Origin: Zootoca vivipara
Lineage: Eukaryota
Direction: 5' to 3'
Length of the DNA: 64,000 nt
Assembly: GCF_963506605.1 (NCBI RefSeq)
Contig: NC_083287.1
Span: forward strand, 35,092,001-35,156,000
A model generated the notes under the pieces. The model saw only the letters and a program-made list of their open reading frames with translations, searched no databases and had not been told where the DNA came from. The translations under genes and the position numbers were made by a program. Below, in pieces: positions 35,752 to 47,098 of this stretch. Numbering within the stretch: position 1 is the stretch's first letter; the number at the start of each line of letters is the position of its first letter.

Positions 35752-37575
35752 TCCTTGCTGTGCGCCTGTTTTAAGTGCCCTGCTATGAAGCTGTACATAG
35801 CCAGGTTAAGAAAACTTGTTATGCTACCGACACCATTCCAGAGCCTGAATCAGTAGCCAAGTTCCAACAGATAACACACTGGTTTCTAATGACTCCCTGC
35901 CCAGTTACAGCACTTCAATCCCATCCCATGCCATTTTTGGAAAGTCCACCAGCCTTCAAGAACAGCTTTTGATTGGCCCAAGAGGCTACAGAAGGAAGGG
36001 GGGAAATGTGAAAGCCCTCTTGCATGAGTGGAACTCCATTTGCAAGGCTCTGGACCCAAGCCTCCATCCACAATGCCCTACTTGGTCTCAGTCCTAATAT
36101 CTTAAAAGCACGATGGGTTACCAGTTGTCGTTAGGACTTGTAGCTCCCATAAACCCTAGCCAGCATGGCCAGTGACCAAAGGTGATAGGAGTTGTGGTTG
36201 AATGACATTTGGAAGGCCACATATTCCCAGTCCCTTAAAAGCAGCTGAATTGCTTGCAAATCAAAGGCCGAGGGGGGGGGAGAGAAATTGATTATTTGTG
36301 GGTGTACCCCTACAGGAAGGGTGCAATACATTTGTATTTTTCTTATCATGGCAAACAGCAGTGAGGGTGATTTTTATCTGGAAAACTGAAGAAAGAGAAA
36401 GGGTAAACTTCCCCTTTCCACACCCTGCTTCCAATCTGGATTCCCCCAGCCCTACAAGGCTGCTATTTCAAAAGAAAAGTTTTAAAAGATGGAGCAGGAG
36501 CTGTACATCTGAGTCATCGCCTCTCGCTTGGTCCTTAATTGGTTCAATGCCCTTTTGCATCAACCACTGGTTTCACAATTGCCTTTTGTACAGTTTCAAA
36601 AAATGCAAAGGCTATTTCAAAAGCCAAGTGATTGAGGAGTGGCTTCTCCCCCCCCCCCCCCACGCCTTTCGCTGTGGATGCCAATTCGTCAGATGCTTTC
36701 ACAAAGGCTGGAGCAGAGACAAGCCAGACTGTTTCCATGACAGAAAAGAAATATTTCATTTTATTTTTTTTTATAAAAAGTTTGGTTTTGGCCATAAAGG
36801 GGGTGAAAAACATCCAATTGTTACCACATGAATCCCACATGAGGGGGGGAAAAGCTGCGGGAAGCTTAGAAGAATATTGGGGTGTGGTCCATGCAGAAGA
36901 GCCATATGCTGGAATAGAATGAAAAAAAGCTGTTCATAAATCGGAACACCCCTATGGAGAGAGGGGGGGGGAATAGCTCTCTTCCAACAGATCACACAGA
37001 GGGTGCAGCACAGATCAATAAAGCCCGTGGTTTTAGTCTGGCTTTTGCCATTTGCTTCTGCTCTGCTAGTTCCGTTTATTGTGACAATCAAACCGGCATT
37101 CCAAAGTTATGAGCAACAGAGAGAGGCCATTTCATGTGGCTGGCCATCCTCGTGGTGCAGATTTCAATGGGTAAAACTGGCCCCTGCTGAGATCTGACTG
37201 TTCTCCCCTGCCTGAACAGAGAGGTTCAGGCAGAAGGGAATATGCAGCTTGATCCTGCTTTGCAGGACTGAGAGGGAGGTTGAGAAGGAGGGAGAAGAAT
37301 ATAGTGTACAGAAGGGGGGGGGTGAGGTGGAGCAGGAAAGGATGCTGCAAAGCTCTTTCACGTCTAAACTGCAATGCCAACTTGGTGTTGCTGTGCTGAA
37401 GGACTGAGAAACGGTCAGCGAGTTGAAAGTTCTGCCAAGCAATCATAACATGGTAATTATGACAGATGCGGGTGATTGCAAAGTGTCGCTGGGGGAGAAC
37501 CAGTTCCATGGAAAGAGTGGGAGGGGTCTGGTCTTACACTGGAGATTGCATAGTTCCAGTGCTATCATCTCTTCC

Positions 37576-37815
37576 TGTTATGTACTAAGCTGGGATCCTA
37601 GAACAATAGGCAGGTAGGATCCTAGAATGCAACAACTGATTAGCCTGCAGTAGCAGACCAATCAGGCTCCAGAAGGGAAGCAGAATCAGCCAATCAGACG
37701 GGACTCATTGTGTAAATAATATATATAAAAGGTTTGGGGGAGGGGGAATCCAATCACTGTTTTACATGCTGCAATAAAGAGCATGAAATCACTGCAGGAC
37801 TCCGAGTATATTTCA
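37576..37815 (+). mobile_element. Solo LTR (240 bp)
   Basis: TG...CA ends; 5-bp TSD cttcc; CCAAT at 37658 and 37690, TATA 37722-37730, AATAAA 37773-37778. Confidence 0.88.
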
Positions 37816-39319
37816 CTTCCTTTATTCTCCTCCTCTCCAGGCTAAGCAGACCGGGGGGGGGGGGCGTCCGGGGGGTCCCTGCACCACAGAGCCAGATAGG
37901 CTTAAGACGGCCCTGGTTCTCACCCTCCTAGGCATCCTCCTCTGAACATGCCCCAGTTTGTCAATGCTATTCTAAAGACGAGGCACCCAGGAACGGACAC
38001 ATGACTCCATGGAGCTGTTCTCTTCAGTTGCACATCGTCAGCTCATCTCTCACCCTTTGAGTCTTCTGAAGCCTCCTATCTTCAGAGCACCCCCGTCAGT
38101 GACTCCTCCTACTATCACAATCCTCATATCAAATTTCTCTGCTCTTTCATCTCCAGGCTCATTAAAGAGGCCACCTCAATCTTCTTTACTGGGATTCCTC
38201 TTTTAATCTACTTTAGCCTACTTTTTCCATCTTCCGATTTACTATTTTGCTTGCCTAAAATCATAGCTAGTAGGCAGAAACTTTTACTCCCTCTATTCCC
38301 CACAGATCATGCTAGTACAACACCAGAACTAGCTATTACTGTTATTGTCATAATAACAGTGTACCTAGGAATGGTTGTGAAGTATGACCTTCCTTTCTGT
38401 TCCTTGCCTGACTGAAGCATAATGCTGGCTTGCTTAGACGTAAGATGGCACCACGAGCCCTGCAGGGACAGAAAAGGAGTCCAGACAGAAAGAGGGAGAC
38501 AGTGGTCACAGCAGCAGGATGGACCTTGAAAGCTGGAGGCAGAGGAAATGGAAACAACCGAAGCTCAAGGGGGGAAAGAGCAGGAAGGAGAGTGGGTTGG
38601 CCAAACTCTAGGAGGCCTCCAAGGTTAATTCATTGTTCCAAGCAGAAACACCTTGAGGCTACCTAGGTCACCAGTATTTAAACTTTCAAAATAGTCCCTC
38701 AAAATAGGTTGAAATGCCTTTCAAAAAAGAGAGTTCTGAATTGAAACCACTACAGCCAACAGTAAAACAGTTTGTGTTTTTTCCATTATTCTGAGAAATT
38801 TTTTCCAAAAACAGTAGTTTCACTGTGCTGTGATCATGATGTCCTAGCACACTTCTGTAAGACAACAGCACACACACAGAGAGGGGGGGGGCTTTACAGG
38901 GAGGGTGAGATGCGGAAGAAGAGAGATTCATACAGTGATAGTTAATTAAGACTCCCTGTTCCCCCTTAGGTAGGGATATCTTTCAGATTGATCAGCTTAC
39001 ATGAGTCATTTTAGGAACATGTGACTTCTAATCTGGGGGACAGCAAGAAGATAATATGAACTCTCTTGAGAAAAGAGGTAGTCTTTATCAATGGATTTGA
39101 AAACTCTGTGGTACATCATGCAAAAAACAAAACAAAACACCAGCTTCTCAGGTGTGTTTGCATCTCAGGTTCAGGTGTCTAATAGAGGGGGTTGGTAACT
39201 GGGACATATCCATATTGTCAGGATTATGTTTCAGATTCTTTTTAATTCATGAAACTCTAGTCAGTAAAAAGACCTGGTTCTGAGTCGTCATCCCTCCCGC
39301 CCTAATAAAAGCCACCTAC

Positions 39320-39501
39320 CTCTAATACATCATAGTTGCAACTTGAATGGTATTCAACGTCAAATTCCACTATGGTGAGTTGAATGCTGCTACCTGGGGC
39401 TGTGTGAATATACCAGTGACATTCCCTATTGTTAGGGTACTTGTTTGGATATCCTGGGCTATGGAAAGATCCAGATGTTCCTGAAAGCTCTGCACCACAC
39501 C
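39320..39501 (-). CDS. CUBN: CUBN exon (~29), CUB9 N-half: [19 protein letters not shown]...[16 protein letters not shown]
   Basis: tttttccag acceptor, GAG|gtagg donor; 182 nt, phase 1-0; not in ORF track. Confidence 0.94.
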
Positions 39502-39685
39502 CTGGAAAAAAGTAGGCGGAACAGTTAGGTTTCAGTTTCTGTTAAATGTACATATTGCTTTCCACTACAAAAAGTTCCAAAGTGATTTGCATCCAGGGTA
39601 AAAATACAGTAACAAAATAAGCAAGTTAAAAATATAGTCAGAAAACAATAATCATAAAAGAGTTTATCATCTCCATCATACATAA

Positions 39686-39775
39686 GGGTGCATGCACACG
39701 AAAGCTCATACCTATGACAAACTTAGTTGGTCTCTAAGGTGCTACTGGAAGGATTTTTAATTTTTATTTTTATTT
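39686..39775 (+). mobile_element. Penelope-like 3' remnant (second family); similar decayed copy ~46195-46345
   Basis: gtgcatgcacacgaaagctcatacc...ttagttggtctctaaggtgctactgg resembles reptile Penelope termini; 5' half of the hammerhead core is missing. Confidence 0.6.
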
Positions 39776-40662
39776 TTACCCCACCCAACTTAAGATGAAC
39801 ACTAAATCAGAACAAACATTCCATCTTTGGTGGTGTGCAGAAGCCCAGGCTAACCCCATTCAGAGCAGGATGCATTCAATTCATCCAGACAGAGGAACCA
39901 CCCACTGACAGTGTCTCAGTCTTATCTAGATAGAGCTTCACTTTGTTGTTCCTTATCCAGTCCATTACTTAGACTCAGGCACCGATCCAGACAGCAGCGG
40001 CAGTGACGTGGTGCGCATTTTGGGGGCGGGGTGTGCGTTTTGAGGGCGGGGCACGCTGTGCGCAATGAGGTGGCACACGTTTGGGGGTCGGTGCATGTTT
40101 TGGGGGCAGGGCGGGCAACGATGGTGCCCCTAGGATCACGTCACTCGGGGCGCACTGCCCCCACCCTCTATCTTCCTACACCCCTGGATCCATCACATCC
40201 ACAGCCACAGGTGCTTGAGCTGTAAATAAGTAGCGTTGCGTGTTATCACCATACTGGTGGCAGTGCACTCCAAACTCTGGCTGACCCCATCAGCGATTTC
40301 ATCATGGGGGATAAAACTGAACCCTGCATATTCCCACATGAGAGGCTTCACAGGGCTGAACAACATCCCCAAACTCCATGACTATCCAACTGGACTGGAG
40401 CCAACAATCCAAGTAGCAGCAGAACCATGAAAAATAGTTCTACTCTGGGCTCATCCACACTTCCATTTGCCCCACTGCTTTCCCCTGGGAAAGCCTATGT
40501 TTTAGTGCTGAGTTGGAACAAATGGCAACTGGGTTTTCCTCAGGTTGCCATTGGTTCCAATTTAGCACTAAAGAACAGGTTTCCTGGGAGAAAGCAGTGT
40601 GGCGAAGGCAAAACCATGTCTAGAAAGCACAGGACAAGCAGCAAACGGCTCAGGCCCATGGT

Positions 40663-41259
40663 TTGTGTGGACGAGCCCTCAAGAACCCCATGCTCAGTGG
40701 TACTGAGAGAATGACCTCTCCCCACATAAAATGGGGGGCACATTTTGCATGGTCGTGCACAGCCCCCTTGACCCCCAAAAGGCGACTCCCTGGAAGTTCG
40801 TATCTGGCACCACCTCGCCAGGCAGGATGCAGGGGGTCTCCGCCTACCCCAGCCCAATCCTGCCTGGGGGAGGTGTTTGCCAGTGGTCTGGCCAGGTATT
40901 GCGGCAACATGATCGGGGTCCCCACCTTAAGGGGTATTGGGGGGAAGCATTGTCCATGCCAAGAGGTTGACATTGCTCCCCCCCTTCCAGCAGTGGCGAA
41001 CGGGGGGGCGGGCTCTCTCTGCTTGAACATATGTTCTCCAGAGCCAGCCCTACCCCCCATACATTCTGGATAACCCCGAAGCCTCCCAGACCCCCGGCTG
41101 GGGCCTGGGAGAGGATAACGCCCAATGCCTGAGCCAAGGTCTCCCTACATCTGAATCTCAATAAAGTTGTGGCCAATTTTTAATCCCATAGCACGTTGGA
41201 TTGCGTCATTATTCTGCTGAGGGGGTCGCATGGGGTTTGGGGGACTCCTGTCCACGTAA
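40663..41259 (+). mobile_element. Probable ERV-type solo LTR (~600 bp)
   Basis: Short terminal inverted repeat ttgtgtggac / gtccacgtaa, GC-rich body, AATAAA at 41160 followed by GT-rich sequence; no clear TSD. Confidence 0.6.
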
Positions 41260-41481
41260 ATAAAGGAGAATCAACAGGGACACACTCCAACAATCTCTCT
41301 CCCAACAGAAGGTATCATACAGGGTGACCAAGGCAGCCTCAGCATCAAAACCGGGCCCGAAGCCCAGTTGAAATGGATCTGAAGAATCACAATGGAAGTG
41401 GATCTAGTTAAGGATAGTGGGGAAATAACCATTCAAGCGCAAAGACACTTGTGCTAGTAATATGCTTAAAAGGTATGCATG

Positions 41482-41633
41482 GACTAACATCAAGAGAAGG
41501 ATGAAGAGGAGATGAAAGAAGAATGATGTGGCTACATCAGGAAGTAAAAAAAAGGTGGGGAAGAAATTGTATTAAATTTAAATAATTTGGACTGATTTGT
41601 ATTAATTTGGAAAACCAATAAAAATAATATTTA
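41482..41633 (+). mobile_element. L1-type short 3' fragment
   Basis: 14-bp TSD aaaaggtaYgcatg (41468-41481, 41634-41647); ends with aataaa and A-rich tail. Confidence 0.65.
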
Positions 41634-42260
41634 AAAAGGTACGCATGTCCAATTCACATGTAATTAAAATATTTTACATGCAATGTAAAATATCAAGTCC
41701 AGTTTTCAGACTAAAGCTAGAGTGAACACTTTCTGTGTTTTCCTGTCTACGTTTGCCACAGACTTCCTGTATGTTGCAGGAAGTTGTGGGTAAATTCTGG
41801 AGTGTAGAATTCAGTTCACGACGGGCACCAAGAAGTATGTCAGGGCTCTCCACCGTGTGAATTGAGAGTGCAGCCTAGAACACACCCAATGCTCCCCTCT
41901 GGCTGCATATTGCAGGGGAAGGGGAGTAGTGGTTTACACTTCATTTTCATTATTTATTTAAATGTTTCTAACCTGCTTTTCTGTTCATAGGCCTCCAAAT
42001 TAGATATTTAAAAAATAAAATAAAAAGCACCCACACAGAGACACACAATTAAGATAAAAAAACTGGCAGTAGTGCAATGCAGCAGGAAGTCAATAATATA
42101 TGCAAGATCCAGGAACCAAATACAGTAAAATCAGTCAAAGCCAATAACCCAGTGAAATAGAACAATTCCCATGGCATCCCAAAAGCCTGTAGGGTGGGGG
42201 ACATGTAAACTTTAGGGGGGAGTGGCGTTCCACCATTGAGAAGTCCCTGCTCCAATGTCA

Positions 42261-42364
42261 CCTGTTTAGGGAAGTTTTTATTATTTAATGCTGTATTGTT
42301 TTAATATTCGATTGGGAGCCGCCCAGAATGGCTGGGAAAACTCAGCCATATGAGTAGGGTACAA

Positions 42365-42415
<51 letters not shown>

Positions 42416-42950
42416 CCATCCAACTGCATGCTCTGGTTATCTCCCGCTTGGACTACTTCAATGCGCTCTACGTGGGGCTACCTTTGAAGGTGACCCGGAA
42501 ACTACAATTAATCCAGAATGCGGCAGCTAGACGAGTGACTGGGAGTGGCCGTCGGGACCACATAACACCGGTCCTGAGAGATCTACACTGGCTCCCAGTA
42601 CGTTTCAGAGAACAATTCAAAGTGTTGGTGCTGACCTTTAAAGCCCTAAATGGCCTCGGCCCAGTATGCCTGAAGGATTCTGGCGGTTCCCTCATTGCGA
42701 GAAGTAAGGTTACAGGGAACCAGACAGAGGGCCTTCTTGGTAGTGGCACCCACCCGGTGGAAAGCCCTCCCACCAGATGTCAAGGCAATAAGCAACTATT
42801 TTACTTTTAGAAGACAACTGAAGGCGGCCCTGTTTAGGGAAGTTTTTAATGTTTGATGCTGTACTGTTTTTAATATTTGGTTGGAAGCTGCCCAGAGTGG
42901 CTGGGGAAACCCAGCCAGATGGGCGGGGTATAAATAATAAATTATTATTA
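42261..42950 (+). mobile_element. Two tandem L2 3' fragments (42261-42413 and ~42425-42950)
   Basis: HALVISRLDYFNALYVGLPLKVTRKLQLIQNAAAR...HITPVLRDLHWLPV; (AAT)n/(TTA)n tails. Confidence 0.88.
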
Positions 42951-44857
42951 TATTCTTATGGAAGTGGAACAAGGGGCATCAGGACCCAAGCTCCTATCAA
43001 CTTGGGTATTGATAGACATCAGTATGCAAAATATCCCTCTGAACTAAAGGAGCTACCCTTAAGGATTCTTAATGAGATTCTGATGGGATTTTGAACATTT
43101 TGAGATGCTGACTAATTTCTGTACAAACTCAGATTCTGTTTCTTCTATGTTTTCCAAAGCTGCCCATCCAACTTAGCTGGGATCTGTGGGTTTCTTCTCA
43201 AATAATCTAGCTGGCCAGAAGAGGGGCGCATTCTGGGGCTAAAATGGAAGCAGTTCCCAGTGTTGATTTGCTGTAAAAACATGCAAAAGCCTCCCCCCCA
43301 CATTGTCACATAGTTTCCTACTATACATTCACCATGAGTCATTAGAAATGCAGAAATAAATGCCAGACTCCTTTGCAGCTGGTTTTCTCATAAAGGGGGG
43401 GGGAGAGAGCAGGATTTGATATGAATCATTTCCTTTATTTCACTGTATTCGTAGCACATATGGTCTCTAGGGAGGCAAGGGTCTAAAATGGTCAATTCAA
43501 TCTTTTACTACCACCCTCTTACCGAGGCAGAGATGCATACGGATTGGTTGAGGTCTATGCTCCACCAACCAACATATGGCCCATCCTGATTAATAAAACA
43601 GGCATAAATTAGCAACAAAGGGCAGGAAAGAGAAGGCCAAGGGAAGCCACTAATAGGCGTTCCCCGGAGGATGTGGCTTCTACTCAGTTTGTAGCAGGCG
43701 GGAAGGGGGAGGACCAGCTGTTAGTTCCCCTGAGGCCCTGGAGCCAATTTCTACTTTTCAGCAGATGTTATTTTCACGCTCTGCACATCCGTTCTTCAAA
43801 AAAGGTGCATTTTTTTAAAAAAATAACTCGTTTCAAATTCTACTTAACACTTTTCTTAAAAAAAAAAAGGTGGGTGGGGGGACATAATTGACTAAGGAGC
43901 TGGATTGGGTTTGTAGTTCTGACCCTGATGCTGATGATCAGAGGACCATTGAACTCAAGGCCAGTAGGAGTCAACAGAACCTGATGCCACAACATCCAGG
44001 CCTGTAGAAGTCAGAACCTTCACAGTCGCTTTTTCATAGGCCAGAGAAACTGAACTCCTCTCACTCCACCTCATCAGTTCAAGAGTGCACAAACCACACA
44101 GCACAGGAGAAGACCCTTTAAGAGATTCTAGTTCTCCCAAAAGGAGTGGAGTCTAGGAGAAGGGGTACTCAAAAAGCATCAGTTCACTTCCAACCCTTTT
44201 AGGATTAAGTGGCTCTCTAGGAATTCTCCTTGGTGTTGAGCTAACTGATCTGTTTTGTTCAGTGTTTGGTCATTTATTTTTGCATGGAAACAGAGAAGAA
44301 AACACTTGCACTATGTCAGGAGAAGCAGAGTGCTCAGGTTTGCTGATTGGTAGAACTGGCAGCATGATCCTAAATATACTTCCTTCATTGATTTTTACAT
44401 ACCTCCAAAGAAATGTAGTTAGAATTTTGGCTTTAGAGCTGCTGAGATAAGCCTATGAACAGTGCCATGCAGATTCTCATAGCAGCTATGAGTTAAGATA
44501 AAACTATCCCTTTCTCATGTTATCCCCTCAACACACTCAATGTGGGCAGGTGTGTGGGGATTGTGGCCTCTGTCCCCAGCCTCATGTGGTAGGCAACCAC
44601 CAGCCTCACCCCTGGCCTTTGTACTTTGGATGAAAGTGAGAAGAGACTCTTTGCATGTACAACTGCAAGTGTACAGACCCATAATACAACTGTGAACCAT
44701 GGTCATGCATGCACAAGGAGGCTATGCTTATCTTTGGCCCAAATACATGAAATTCTGGGCAATGCCAGTCAGTGTGACTCTGCACCCCTCTATGTGTTGA
44801 CTGAATGTGTGTGTAGGAAGTATAACCTTTGTTAGACTTCTCTCCCAGACTGTTTCT

Positions 44858-45071
44858 TAATAGTAATTTATTATTTATACCCCACTCATCTGGCTGGGTT
44901 TCCCCAGCCACTCTGGGTGGCTCCCAACAGAACATTAAAAACACGATAAAAAATAAAACATTAAAAACTTCCCTAAACAGGGCTGCTTTCAGATGTCTTC
45001 TAAAAGTCAGATAGTTGTTTATTTCCTTGACATCTGATGGGAGGGTGGGTGCCACTACAGAGAAGGCCCTT
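44858..45071 (-). mobile_element. L2 3' fragment
   Basis: RAFSVVAP...TFRRHLKAALFREVF; same 3' UTR as other copies. Confidence 0.85.
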
Positions 45072-45459
45072 TTAAGACTAACAGAATTGCAGCAATAAAT
45101 GCAAGACCATGACACCCTGGTTCAACACGCTTTTCAAATATTTTTCAGGACTGGCTGATTTGCATTCAGATCTAAGCACATATAAACATTTCAACAAGGA
45201 TAAGTCAGTGGGACAATAAAGGTGTATTCATATCACCTACAATAGTTTTTTCTTACTAGCCAAGTCTGTCAGAGTTCCATCTTTTCAGAATCGTCCTCCA
45301 CAATGTCTCAACCCCTACTGTGTTTGCCCTACAGCTTGTTTTCTAGCATCATCTCAAGATTTCCCCCCAGCAGGCTTCCCCCACATGGTGCCATCCAGAC
45401 ACCATTGAGCTATGACTCACATCAACTCTGAAGATTGGAAATGTTGGCTGGTACTGATG

Positions 45460-45800
45460 AATGTAAGAAAGAAGAGAAGAGCCTGCTGGATCAGGCCAAC
45501 GGTTCACCATATAGTATGCTTTGGGAAGCACAAAAGGAGGGTGCAAGTGCAATAGCACTCTCCCTACCTGTGATTCCCAACGACTGGTACCCAAAAGCAT
45601 ACTGCCCCTGACAAAACTGGTAGCCATTGATAGCCTTGTCCTCCATGAATTTGTCTAAGTCTCTTTTAAAGCCATCCAAGCTGGTGGCCACCACTGCCTC
45701 TTGCAGGAGCCAATTCCATAGTTTAGCTATGCACTGCATGAAGAAGTACTTCCCTTTTATCTGCCTTGAATCTTCCAACGTTCAGCTTCAGTGGGTGGCC
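45460..45800 (-). mobile_element. Old CR1-type 3' fragment
   Basis: KYFFMQCIAKLWNWLLQEAVVATSLDGFKRDLDKFMEDK. Confidence 0.7.
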
Positions 45801-46872
45801 CTGTGTGGATGTAGCTGCAGCCCTGGTGCGATGTCCCTATAAACACAGGGATGGAGAATGTGTGGACAACAACACCCATCATCCCTGGGTACTAAGCATA
45901 CTGCCTGGGGCTGCTGGGAACTGGAGTTCAACAACATATGGAGGGAAGAACCACAGGTTTCCCCATCTCTGCTACAACACAAGGAAGCTTCTATCATGAT
46001 ATTTTATTGCAGTTTTCTACTGGCGTAGTAGGGACTACCTCCACTTTTCTCCACATTTATTTGAAGACGCTCCATAGGCTATTTCAGCTTCTGCTAAAAA
46101 ATTATAATAAATCAACATGGATCTTAAAACCCATGTTAAAAAATTATGGTACATGTTGTTTTTGTGAGCATAGACATATTCAGACATAGTTGAGTTTCAC
46201 TCCTGAGGCATGTACCGGTAGTAGCCTAAGTTTGGCAATGAGTGAAACTGACCTATAAAAGCTTATGCTATAAATGTGCTGGACTTCAAGGTGCCACAGG
46301 GCCCCTTGTTCTGAATATTGCAACAGAACTCACCCTCTGGAATTTGTCTAAATATAAGCATGCAAAGCCGTCTTCACCAGCTTGCCTGCCAATTACAGAT
46401 CAGCAGAGTTAAAACGGATCAACAGGAGGAACATTCACAGTAGAAAAACCAAATAAAACGGCCCTTGGACACTGCTGAATTTTCCCCAGCAAACAGAGCT
46501 TTCTCATGTGGTTTAATTCCTAGGGGGAACTGCAGTGCTACACTGGCAGCAATTTACTTCATATCTGGGGCTGAAAGAACTGGGAATGTTTCAACTTAAA
46601 CAGACATTTATGACTCAACTTCTCCTACTGATCCCTTCCTGTTAGCCACAAATACATGTTTTTACTGAAAACTCAAAATGGGCTAGGCCAGGGCAAAACT
46701 CCTGATGTCCAAAACTTAGCTCACAGGCTTTCTAGTTCAGCAACTCCTGTGCCAAACACTTGGATTTGTACATGGGTTAGTCTTTCTGAATTCTCCATAG
46801 ATAAATTAAGTTGATGTCTAAGTTAAGTTAATGAAAATTCTTCAGTATGTTGTTATTTGTTATTGGCCTTTA

Positions 46873-47098
46873 CAGTGGTACCTTGGGTTACAAACGCTTC
46901 AGGTTACAGACTCCGCTAACCCAGAAATAGTACCTCGGGTTAAGAACTTCGCTTCAGGATGAGAACAGAAATTGTGCTCCGGTGGTGCGGTGGCAGCAGG
47001 AGGCCCCATTAGCTAAAGTGGTACCTCAGGTTAAGAACAGTTTCAGGTTAAGAACGGACCTCCAGAATGAATTAAGTTCTTAACCAGAGGTGCCACTG
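46873..47098. mobile_element. Tc1/mariner MITE
   Basis: ta|cagtggtaccttgggtta ... taaccagaggtgccactg|ta. Confidence 0.85.

Noticed and set aside
36298-37509. Cluster of 90-177 aa ORFs as a possible nested gene
   Set aside because: No recognisable domain, overlapping ORFs on both strands and no consistent splice structure.
40540-41176. Several overlapping ORFs
   Set aside because: Expected in a GC-rich LTR; no gag/pol/env motifs.
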